A stretch of DNA of 64,000 bases from Dicyema japonicum (Eukaryota; Animalia; Dicyemida). Every line of letters begins with the position of its first letter. Position 1 is the first letter of the stretch. Of this stretch, positions 51,929-62,379 are shown piece by piece. The notes under the pieces were generated by a model. The model ran no database searches. It saw nothing but the letters and a program-made list of their open reading frames with translations, and was not told the origin of the DNA. Both the position numbers and the translations under genes were made by a program. Where the stretch lies: contig RDEW01000014.1 of NCBI GenBank assembly GCA_011109175.1, positions 1,010,519-1,074,518 on the forward strand, given 5' to 3'.

Positions 51929-53474
51929 GTTAACCACGGGCCTTCGAAAATGGAACGTCCTAAAAGCCATCATAAAGAAGAGCCTCTTCCCTCCTACTGC
52001 TTGGTTCAGCAAAGTATATTTCAAAGTTATTGCGCCGACGATTGAATATGCCTGTTCTGCCTGGAGATGCGAATGAGGTATATACAATCAGACTCCACAT
52101 CCGTCCCAGTCTGTTTTCAGAGGAGGCGACGGTGAGAAATAACCTTGGCTTTCAACGTATGTGCAATGAGCTAGGAAACCCATTCAGAGAAAGGGTGGTT
52201 CATGCGGAGGAATTCAAATGGGCATTAAAATGTGCACTACGATAGAATTCCTCTGCAGAAATAAAAGAAGACACTTCAGAAACGCTGTTGGTTCACTGGT
52301 GGAGCATTCGAAGAGAATTCGAGAGATGTTGGAGGCTGGGATCACTTAATTTAGCAAATTAATTCTTTCGTTCTTGGTGGTCTTGGGGTTTTAAAAAAAA
52401 GTAAGGAATATGAGGAAGAACGCCTGACAGCCTGACATGGGAAGGTGCTGAACGGTTGTTAGGACATTGCCAATTATTTCCAAACGTAACCTCTTTTGTA
52501 TCTTTAATGATGTATTAGAGAAGTTTGGTGAACTGGATTTACTAAGAGGGCTACTAAATTCAGGGAATTCGTATATCACGTTGTTTGGATCCATATGCAA
52601 CTGACTATTTAGAAGTTATGAGATTTGTTGCACGTTTTATTCATTCAAGGGTAATAATTTTTCACGAGATACCAGATTCAATCAGATAAGGTTGATCACT
52701 GTAAATAATGAATATCTAAATTGGGAATGGTTCAACGGTTGTAGGAAAAAAAGTCAAGTGGAAAAAAAGTCAAGCGGAAAAAAAGTCAAGTTGTCTTTTT
52801 TAGTTTATATCGCATTTTTGTGATACTACTAGCATCTTTTAATTTTTAAAAATTTTTTCAATACTTGACTTTTTTTCCGCTTGACTTTTTTTCCATTTTT
52901 GAAAATTTTTCCCTTATAAATTTTCGAAATTTAGCGCAAAATGGAAAAAAAGTCAAGTCCGCTAACGAAATCACGGACTTGACTTTTTTTCCGCTTTGGT
53001 ATAATCGCTTTGACTAAATCAATTTAAGAATTTCAAGGTAATAATAAAAATTTTTTTTATTATCAAATGAATAAAAATTAAATTAAGGCATCTGAATGGC
53101 CATGCTATTTCCCCTAACAATAGCCAACGAGATACGTTCTCGGAACCAACTAGTCTCTTGCGGATCCTTGGTCACAGCTTGAATCATGGAGCCGATCTTA
53201 CGAACCAACTCATCTGCTTGGGGGCCAAGGATTCCTAATATAATAAAATTGACTTAACTTTTTTCGCTTTGGTTTAATCTTTTTGACCTTGACTTTTTTC
53301 GCTTTGGTTTAATCTTTTTGACTTAATCAATATACGGATTTTAATTCCTTTGGAAAAAGAATTTCAACAAGAACAAATAAAAAAACGATTGATAGACAAA
53401 AAAGGCTTTTAAATATATGTCTGGATCGCCAGGACGGAAAAAAACAGTAGGAGAAGCCCTAAAAGCAATTGCAT

Positions 53475-56400
53475 TATTTATTATTTTATTTAAAGCACTC
53501 CCGAGAAGTCATAAAATTAATCAAGCCTCCCTTGTGCCGTATTTCTAGCCATCCTCTCTATCAGCCTCTTCCAGGACCCTCTACTTCGTGCCAGTTCCCT
53601 TAAGGTATCTAGGTCGTCTGCGGAAGTGAGCTTCAGTCCCACAGCCGACAGGTCTTTATTCAAAATAGTTGGGAGTGTGACTCTTGTCTTCCACGGAAAC
53701 CGGCTCCCGTATGCATTAGGTAGTTTTCCATGGCGATATTCGCGGGTACTTGAGCATTTAGACGTAAGATATGTCCAAAGAGACTCCATCTTGATCTGAG
53801 GATCTCCTCGATAGTATACCAGATTTGCACTTCGAGTAGAGGTCATTGTTTGAGATCTTCTTAGGCCACTTGATCTTGATTACTGATTTCAATTGTGTCC
53901 TGTGGAAAGCGTCAAGACGGTCCATCTCTTGTTTAGAGATTCCCAAGTGCCTGAATTGTAGGTCAGGACGGGGATGACAAAAGCCTTATATATTCTGAGT
54001 TTGGTGTTTAATCCCATCCTCTTCTTATGACCCCACATATTCGATACTTTCTTTAGTGCACACATTGCGAGGATTTTCCTCCGAGAAACATCTTCTGAGT
54101 CCCCGAGAAGCGAACCCACCTTCTTTTGCTTTCTCCAAGACTCGTCCGATCTTCGATCATTGCGTGTAAGTGTTGTGAACTCTGTTTTATCGGTGTTAAC
54201 GGTTAAGAACCATTTCGAGAATACGTGTGGAAGAACGTTAAGCATGTGTTGAAGTACTTGAATATCCTCAGAAACAAAGTCCAGGTCGTCCGCGTAGATT
54301 ATCTCGTTATAATTGTTGCCAACCAGGGGTCTGAACTCTCTTAGTGCGGCCTCAAGGTAGACAATAAAGAGGACCGGGGATAGTGAGTCCCCCTGTGGAA
54401 CTCCACGTGAGGTCGAAAAAAAGTTAGAGGTAGAGTCACCAATTTTGACGGCAAGTTGAGTGTTCCGCATGAGTAAGTGTATTATTTTGACATCGTCAGG
54501 CAGTAGAAAACTCTCCAACACTTCCATAAGTTTTCCACGGTCCACCGAGTCGAACGCACGGGACATGTCGATACCAAGTATCTCAATAGATTTTTTGTAT
54601 TTTTGGCACAGGGCACAATACCACCTGTGCCCCCATACCACGTCAGCCGTGGACCTGCCCGTCCGGAATCCACTTTGGCCGTCCGAAAGAAATATGTTCA
54701 CCCTCTCCTTTATTCGGTTTAAAGCAATGAGGGATAATGTTTTTCGTATGGAGGTTAGGAGTATAATAGGTCTGAAGTTGTGAGGGGGGCCTTTACTTTT
54801 TCCCGGTTTTTGTAGTGGAATTAGCCACCCTTTTCCCAGTTCCAGTTCATCTGCACCCTCGAGAGACCGGTTGAAAATGTTAGTAATCATTTCAATTAGC
54901 TCCTCCGGGCCGTATTGTAAAAGTTCTGCAGTAATGAAGTCTGGTCCGGCAGATCTTCCGGTATTTAATTTTTTAATAGCTTGTTGAGTTTCGGATATGG
55001 TAATAGGGCTAGTTAGAGTGTACTTGTAAGACTTCCGAGATTTCATTGCTTGGTCAGCCGCGTCCTGTTTGTTGAACATAAGGTCAAAATGGGATGCCAG
55101 AACGTTTGCTTTGTTAATGGTCCCGATAACGTCGTGACCAAGGTTGTCATGGACAGTTAACGAAATTGGACAGTTTTCTCTGCTAAGAAGCCGGATTGCT
55201 TTGAACATTCTTGGTCCGTTCTTGTACTTTAATATGTCTGAGATTTTCTCCTCAGCTTCATTTTTGGCAAGGAATCTTTGTATTTGTTTGATCTTCGTTA
55301 AGACTCTCCCTCTCTGGGTGCGCAGTACTTTGATATCTTCCGGAGCGTTTGTGTTTTCCATCCGGAGTCTGAGCTCTTTCTGTGTTACAGAGAGTTGTCC
55401 GATATCCGGATTACATTGTTTGTGACGAGATTTGGTGATGTGACCAAGCACACTAAAGGCTGTGTTTTGGATAGCAACCACTATTTCATCCCATAAGCTG
55501 TTTGTCGGCTGATTTTGGTTAATACTGTTGATGCTATCTCTCAGAACTGCACTATAACGACATTTGGTGGATTCTTCGTAGCGTAACCTCTCAGTGTCGA
55601 AACGTACTGAGGTAAGGCCTTTGTGTTTCCCGTGTATTCCATGGATTCTTTTAAGTACTAGCCGGGCGACCACAAGTTTATGATCGCTACTTGTTTCAAG
55701 TCCACCGTAAGATCTCGAGTCCTGTAGGAGGGCCTTCTGATGTTGCTTGCAGATAATATAGTCGATCTGATTGTATATATTGACTGTGTTTCCAGATTTG
55801 CCTTTTCTGGTACCAACCCACGTGGTCCTGTGTCTTGCCGGGTGCTTGAAACAAGTGTTGCATATGAGTAGGTTGAATGCCGTGCAAAATTGTATTAATG
55901 CCTCTCCGGGGATGTTACGGCGGTTTCTACCGTGGGATCCAATACACGTTTCACCAGGTCTTGCTTTTCCGGCCCTGGCGTTCCAGTCCCCGGCGATAAA
56001 AAGAAAGTAAGAGGATGAAAGTGAGTTGTACACACTTGTGAGAGTAGAGTAAAACGTATCCAGTTCTTCGATATTCGTTGATACACGTGCTCCGGTTGGG
56101 GCATATACATTTATGATGGAGATCACTGAGTTGAGTTTGTTTCCGCATTTGATTTGTAACACCGCGACACGGTCAGATACTGCCCATACTCTTGAGACAC
56201 AGTGAAACAAGTGCCGATGAACAGCAAATCCGAGCCCATAGTGCCTGCAGTCTGGTGTGAGGGTCAAAAGGTAAAAATTCTGAAACAGTTCTGCAGATTG
56301 TTCGGTTATTTTCGTCTCTTGCAGACAACAGACAGAGATGTTGTATTTACTCAGATCACGCGCCAATTGTTGTTTCTTGTAGCACTGATTGAGGCCTCGG

Positions 56401-56488
56401 CAGTTGAGGGATCCAAGAGTGAGGGGAGAAACTGGTAAGCAATACGAAGAAGACATAGTGCAAGTAGAGGGACGTCACCACCTCAACC
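53475..56488 (-). mobile_element. Full-length RTE-clade LINE (about 3.0 kb, single APE-RT ORF)
   Basis: 14-bp TSD AAAAGCAATTGCAT (53461-53474 and 56489-56502). A-rich 3' tail. 32-nt 5' leader. Confidence 0.95.
53517..56456 (-). CDS. APE endonuclease-reverse transcriptase (about 980 aa if three 1-nt gaps are repaired)
   Basis: 855-aa open frame with CLQETK, NVYAPT, GDWNA, QIDYI, SDH, DMSRAFD, GVPQGDSLSP, YADD. The 3' part continues in shifted frames. Confidence 0.9.
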
Positions 56489-57668
56489 AAAAGCAATTGC
56501 ATGGAATATTAAATATTCTTTTGATTCACATTAAATAATCCCTTGATTCACGTTAAATAAAAATCATGTTTATAACATTTTAAAAAAATTTTAAAAGTAG
56601 AAAAAATCTGTTTTATTTTTAGAATTTATTTCCACCACGTGTAGTTTTAGTTGTGGCGGGACATTTTAATTCATTAACATTAGCCAAAATTAACTATTTA
56701 AATAATTTGTTATTCTAAACTCGCTTACTTTTAAATGAAACGATCATGAATAAAAATCTTAATTTATAAACGGAAAAAAAGTCAAGTCCGTAATTTCGTT
56801 AACGGACTTGACTTTTTTTCCATTTTGCGCTAAATTTCGAAAATTTATAAGGGAAAAATTTTCAAAAATGGAAAAAAAGTCAAGCGGAAAAAAAGTCAAG
56901 TATTGAAAAAATTTTTAAAAATTAAAAGATGCTAGTAGTATCACAAAAATGCGATATAAACTAAAAAAAGACAACTTGACTTTTTTTCCGCTTACGGACT
57001 TGACTTTTTTTCCGCTTGACCTTTTTTCCACTTGACTTTTTTTCCGCACTCCGGTTCAACACCAGTCCGAAGGCAACAAGAGATATAACAGGTGAAGAAG
57101 AGGATTCAAATGTGGGAAACGGATTTCGCTGTTATGTAAGGAATAACATATGCTCTTCACAACGAGATGACTCACATTGAAGCAAAGATTAACTCTGGTT
57201 AGCGTCCCCGCTCACTCTGATGTGTTGTAGGATCAGACAGCAATCGCATTTTGACACTTTAAGGTCACCAGTATACATGATCTAAAAAACCTAAAATATA
57301 AAAAAGTAAATTATAAATTCCTTGTAAAATATATCAACATAATCTCTGTAGTCTATTCCTTCTGTTGAATTAAATAAATATATTAGCATAACCATTCACA
57401 AAATTCATGTACACAGGTAGTATGAAATAATAATAACGGAGTAACTTTATAAACTACACAATTGGTGGTTATTATTAAATAGGGGATATATGCTGTGAAT
57501 TTGATTATTAATTATAAAGCCTTTTCACGAGAGCCATAATATTTATAGCTCCGAATAGGCAGGACACATACTTTATTTAAGTAAAGAACAGTTAATTTTA
57601 ACTAATCGTAGAACCAAGGAATGATCTTCACTTCTTTTTTTCTTTTTCTTGTGTGTGGGTCCTTTCTA

Positions 57669-58655
57669 TACCATTTCAGGTTTAAAGTGGGTCTTACCAA
57701 AAGCAAAGTGGGTCTTACCAAAAGCAAAGTGGGTCTTACCAAAAGCAAAGTGGAACTTACCAAAAGCAAAGTGGAACTTACCAAAAGCAAAGTGGGTCTT
57801 ACCAAAAGCAAAGTGGGTCTTATCATAAGCAAATTGGTACTTACCATAATCAAAGTGGTACTTGTAGGATATAGACGCGTAATATTTTATCAGTTTGCCT
57901 GGTTTTATGTAGAGTCGACTTTTCTCTCTGGGGTGATCTTTTGGTGTTTTAGATCCACACCCATACTCTCTGCATTGGGGGGTTTTTGTAGAGAGCCTTC
58001 GATAGTATCGTCCATCTATTTGCATTTTCTGTCTTTATGTTGTTGTCGATCTCTGTGTTCAGCTCTCGTATTTTCCTGATGTTCTTTTCTGTTGGCGATT
58101 TTACCATCTTTAGATTATTTCGTTCTCTGATCAGATGTTTCGTCGTTGTGTTGAATGTACTTCTTTTTCGCAGCGTTTATAATGGAGTTGAACCATTTCA
58201 CTAATTGTTCGACGGAGGGAAAAGTGAGGAAATTTAATAGTCCAATACAATTATCGACGTATTCTTTGAATCCTCTCCAATTCGCAAGGGTGAGTTTGTT
58301 ATCGTTGGGTATTGTCCTTTTATCCGTGACCTCGTTTTGAACTCCAAAAATATTGGATTGTGGTCACTCCTGGTGTCATACTTCACAGACCAGTCAATAA
58401 GAGGGGCCACTGATAAAATATTACGCGTCAATATCCTACAAGTACTACTTTGCTTTTGGTAAGTTCCACTTTGCTTTTGGTAAGTACCACTTTGCTTTTG
58501 GTAAGTTCCACTTTGCTTTTGGTAAGTTCCACTTTGCTTTTGGTAAGTACCACTTTGCTTTTGGTAAGTACCACTTTGCTTTTGGTAAGTACCACTTTGC
58601 TTTTGGTAAGACCCACTTTGCTTTTGGTAAGACCCACTTTAAACCTGAAATGGTA
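57669..58655. mobile_element. Foldback-like non-autonomous DNA element (987 bp), TA TSD, arms made of 21-bp tandem repeats
   Basis: Arms 57669-57893 and 58409-58655 are inverted copies with 8 and 9 full units of AAAGTGG(GT/AA/TA)CTTACCAAAAGC. TA at 57667-68 and 58656-57. Empty site cctttc-TA-gacaatcc at 18951-18966. Confidence 0.92.
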
Positions 58656-58799
58656 TAGACAATCCAGTTCCGCAGTGAGTATCCAGTGATGACGGCGTCA
58701 CTCGTCAAACCCCTTCTGCAAGTCAAGTTGACACTCCGACCTTCTGTGGTTTCCTGAGCAAATCAAACATCTTTCAACGTTTTTGCAGAAACGCGCAAT

Positions 58800-59480
58800 A
58801 TGACCGAATAGCTGGTAGCGAAAGCATTGAATTTCAGGTTTTTTAACCATTCAGCTGATCTTATTTTTCAATGAATCACTTTTTAGAATTTTAATTTTCT
58901 AATGGACTGATCTTTTGAAGAGGTTGAATCATCTTATTTTGCAATTATCTTAGGCATATCCTTTTTTAGCTATATAATTGCGCACGGACTGACAGACAAC
59001 TTATTTTTTTATTATATAGATTACTTCTACCTCATTATTGGAGCGTCCGATATGGTTTTTAAAGTGAGCATATTCTTATACTACTCAAAAGTCAGACTTG
59101 TGCACAGTGGAAAACAATTGAAATTCATCTTGGTGGAATAACTTCAGGTGGATACCCGATTTCAGCAAATTTTTCTCTTCGTTTCTTGTTTTTGACAGTT
59201 GCGACCTTTATCGATGAAATTAAAAAATCCACATCCTAAAGTATCCTCTTATTTTAAGGCAACAGTTATGATGAAGATGATGCAAAATTGTGAATAAAAC
59301 CTTCAATACCTGTGCGGCAGCTACCATGTATCTGGTTGCATCAAATACCAGTAATACAAAATTATTGCAATCTTTCTCAAAATCCCTTAGCACATTGTCA
59401 ATTATCTGAAAGACAATCGACGAGTTGGCCACAGAGACAGAAAGAGGGTTATATACTTTGTACATAAACTCAATGCTGTA
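58800..59480 (-). mobile_element. hAT-superfamily transposase relic (DUF659/CGGBP-like)
   Basis: FVLLVFDATRYMVAAAQVLKVLF...LHHNCCLKIRGYF resembles the LL+SDAA.YM...C.AH..H motif. Confidence 0.6.
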
Positions 59481-60500
59481 AATCTATTTAAAGCAATTAA
59501 CGAGCATGTCTTGTCCATTTACAATTACTACATTAATTAACATTGAACCGAAGGAGTTTGAGTCTATCCATGTTTAAATAGTATTTTAACAGAGCATAGA
59601 GTACATCTAAAGTCTGCTAACAAGGAACTTGGGAAAGGACTTGTTTCAATTTGACATAAAAATGCATGTATGTTGTATCAATTTCTTGCTGACTTGGAAT
59701 TAATTCGTTCCGTAATTTTTGAGGCTATTTTTCGGTTAGCCTCGATCTTCAAGACATTTGTTCAATAATTGAATGGACTCCAGATATCACATGCGTAAGA
59801 GATGCATGGTTAAATGCATTGTGTATATATAGTCCTCAAAATAGGATGATTTCCATACTTCTATAAACCAGTGAGACATTTCAACACAAGGCGTGAAAAG
59901 ATGTTGCATGTAAGAAGACATAACGAAGTAGTGAGGTGTCTACTTTTCTACTTTTGCAGAGAGTTTGGTCTCAAAATCGAGAAGAAACTGAAGACTCATT
60001 CAGTGAAATCCATTGTAATGAATGACTTAGTTGAAATCAGAGTTGACACCTTTATCAAACAGACATAATTATTGAGTATAACAAGCCGTTTTTGATAACA
60101 GGAGAAACAAAATTATTTTGGTCAAAGTGGAAATAACATCTTCCCAAAATCTACAGCAGATGGAATGCGAAATACTTATGACCTATCCAAAGAGCTGGAG
60201 TTGATACACCACGCAGAGGTCAAGATTGTCCCCATTGTGCTCACTTGGGATTGCTTAGTGACTTCACATTCGTGGAAGTATGTCAGATCTTTGAATATAA
60301 GTGAAAGATCGTATGCGTATGTTCAATCGCTGGTAATCAAGAAGACTTTGGAGAGTATGATTGTGTAATATAGGAACAAAGTCGACGTTTCGACGCGTTA
60401 TGATATCCTTAATGAAGGGATAAAGGATATTTACTCTCGGTCTGATTATGAAAAAATCCAAGAGAAGAGTGTGAGCGAAGAAAAGGACTGTGACAATTGG
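59455..60500 (+). mobile_element. R4/Dong-like retrotransposon 3' relic
   Basis: NLFKAINEHVLSIYNYY, RRHNEVVRC, EIRVDTFIK, VPIVLTWD, YVQSLVIKKTLES. Confidence 0.8.
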
Positions 60501-60650
60501 GTTTACTTTCATAGTTGCTCGAAGAGGAAACGAATTGGATAGAGAACATTTTAATTAGAATTAACCATTTAAAAAATAAAACTTTTTGTTATTATATTAA
60601 ATAATTATTACAAATAAATATAATTGTACCAAATAACAAAACTGACTGAA

Positions 60651-61022
60651 ATGAGCATAACAATAAAATTAGAAAATCAAAACAAAGAATTATATGGACT
60701 TTCCATAGCTTCCAAAAAGGACGGTGATCATCATATATTAACTATAAAAACTGGTGGTCTCGCTGATAAGGCTGGATTAAAAGAGGGAGATATTATTACT
60801 TTTATTAACAATAAGGATGCCATGCGTTTATCACACGACAAACTCATCAAAAAAATCAAGAATAAAAAGAATTTCTCACTTACCGTCAATAGGGAGTGCA
60901 GTGAAGAACAACAAGAGCAGGAACAAGAAGTGGATCAGGAAATAAATTATGAAACTGTTCCATCAATTACAGAAATTGGAATAATGAGTTTTTGTAAATA
61001 TTTATTAGGTAGAATCGAGTAA
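60651..61022 (+). CDS. Small single-PDZ-domain protein with acidic tail
   Basis: YGLSI...ILTIKTGGLADKAGLKEGDIITFINNKDA...SHDKLIKKIK...SLTV is a PDZ fold signature. AT-rich flanks. 3' exon structure uncertain. Confidence 0.8.
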   Translation: MSITIKLENQNKELYGLSIASKKDGDHHILTIKTGGLADKAGLKEGDIITFINNKDAMRLSHDKLIKKIKNKKNFSLTVNRECSEEQQEQEQEVDQEINYETVPSITEIGIMSFCKYLLGRIE

Positions 61023-61319
61023 CACATCAAATGTCAAGAAAGTCTTCAAAAATCAAACTTGTGTTAATTATAGTATTATTTCTTTTAATTGTGTTTAGAC
61101 GACCTCATTATATTTTTCTTAATTAATTATAAAAATAAATGAAAAAAATATTAATCATTTGAATTTACTTTTAATTAACAATAAACTGACTAAACTTTTT
61201 TAATCAGTAAAAATGCTTCCGAAACCATGCATACTTGGGTCATTATGCGAAGATAAGCAACCCTCATACCCCGAAAGGACTCCGCTGAAAGATTAAATTT
61301 GAAATTCACGTGGCATCTT

Positions 61320-62100
61320 GTACGTCAATTAGCACCGACGCGCTTATTTGCTTTCGGGGCTTCCCTAAGAGCGGATTTAGGCTGAACACCATCCCCAATG
61401 GAGTTCTGGGCACCTTCCATGATGATGAATGCGTTAGAAGTTGTATCTCTCTGCGGCTGGGACAGAAAGTATGTGTACCTCACCCGTGCTGATGTGGCAT
61501 CCTGATAGACTGTTATGGTCTGCACCCTCTCGCCTGCAAGAGGAGCGCTGGAAGATTTCCAAGGCACAAGGCTCTGAATGAGATTGTCAAACGGACTATG
61601 GATGCTGCTGGATACTCGGCCATTTTTGAACCGGTTGGGTTATGCAGAAGTGACGGGAAACGACCGGACAGGAAGACCATATTTCCCTTCGAGGTCGGGA
61701 AACCACTTGTTTGAGACGTGACATGTTCAGACACGTTCGCCCAGNGAGGCCGGGAAACCATTTGTTTGAGACGTGACATGTTCAGATACGTTCGCCCAGA
61801 ACAATCTTCACGATTGCGCTTCAAGGGCCTGCTCTTCAGCCGTCAAGGCGGAGAAGACCAAACTCGAAAAATACGGCGGCCTTTCCGATAATGTCCAATT
61901 TGTACCGCTTGCTATGGAGACTTCCAGATTCTACTCCTCCTCACACTAGAGTTTTTCGGACGTCTTGGAATCCGGATCAGCTCATGCACTGGAGATCACC
62001 GTGAACGCCGCTGGCTATTTGAGCGAATTTCGCTCGCAATTCTGAGAGGGAACAGCCACGTAGTGAGAACGGCAGCTAACTTATGCTTTGTCCTTATGTT
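61320..62100 (+). mobile_element. CRE-clade retrotransposon 3' part
   Basis: [55 protein letters not shown]-rich tail. Confidence 0.85.
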
Positions 62101-62379
62101 TTTTATATTAAATAAAAAAACATTATAAATCGGAAATTTCGACCTAAAAATTGACTGTATTGACCTTAAAATTTCAAAATTTTGACCTTTTTTGACTTTA
62201 TGATAAATTTATCTACAAAAAATTTTTTAATGTAAAAAAAACTAATCAAAATCTTTATTAAAAAACAGAATAATATAATTCGAAACATTTTCGGGTTTAA
62301 AATTTTGATCTATAGATAGTAATTTTCCTAATAAAGAACAATTTCTTTCAACAGATGTGGAAGGACACTTATTAAGATA

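Larger units (their letters stand above)
48270..52360 (+). mobile_element. Jockey/I-group-like LINE, near full span, interrupted by MULE copy 1
   Basis: APE (VYNVYTLP, CGDLNAKH, SPDLS), RT (QYGFRSGRST, DIQKAFDSV, GVPQGSPL, YADD). Resumes after 51936 with NVLKAII...IAPTIEYACSAW and ends ...AGIT*. Confidence 0.85.
52737..57052 (+). mobile_element. MULE non-autonomous element, copy 2, interrupted by a full-length RTE
   Basis: 8-bp TSD GGTTCAAC (52729-52736 and 57053-57060). Same TIRs as copy 1. Internal piece encodes RLLNICLDRQDGKKTVGEALKAIAWNI, typical of the MULE transposase C-terminus. Confidence 0.9.

Noticed and set aside
56400-56488. HDV-like ribozyme at the RTE 5' end
   Set aside because: Some RTEs have one, but I could not build a P1/P1.1/P3 pseudoknot conserved between this copy and the one at 12170-12203. 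A covariance or pattern search is needed.
57684-58640. CRISPR-like array
   Set aside because: Units are contiguous with no unique spacers, there are no cas genes, and the context is eukaryotic.
57602-58726. ORFs with (VGLTKSK)n, (LLVRPTL)n, (PKAKWYL)n repeats
   Set aside because: They are translations of the 21-bp units of the foldback arms, open in several frames on both strands, with no gene context.
61691-61800. 54-bp tandem duplication in the CRE 3' part
   Set aside because: The two copies sit either side of an N at 61745, as expected from an unmerged contig overlap.
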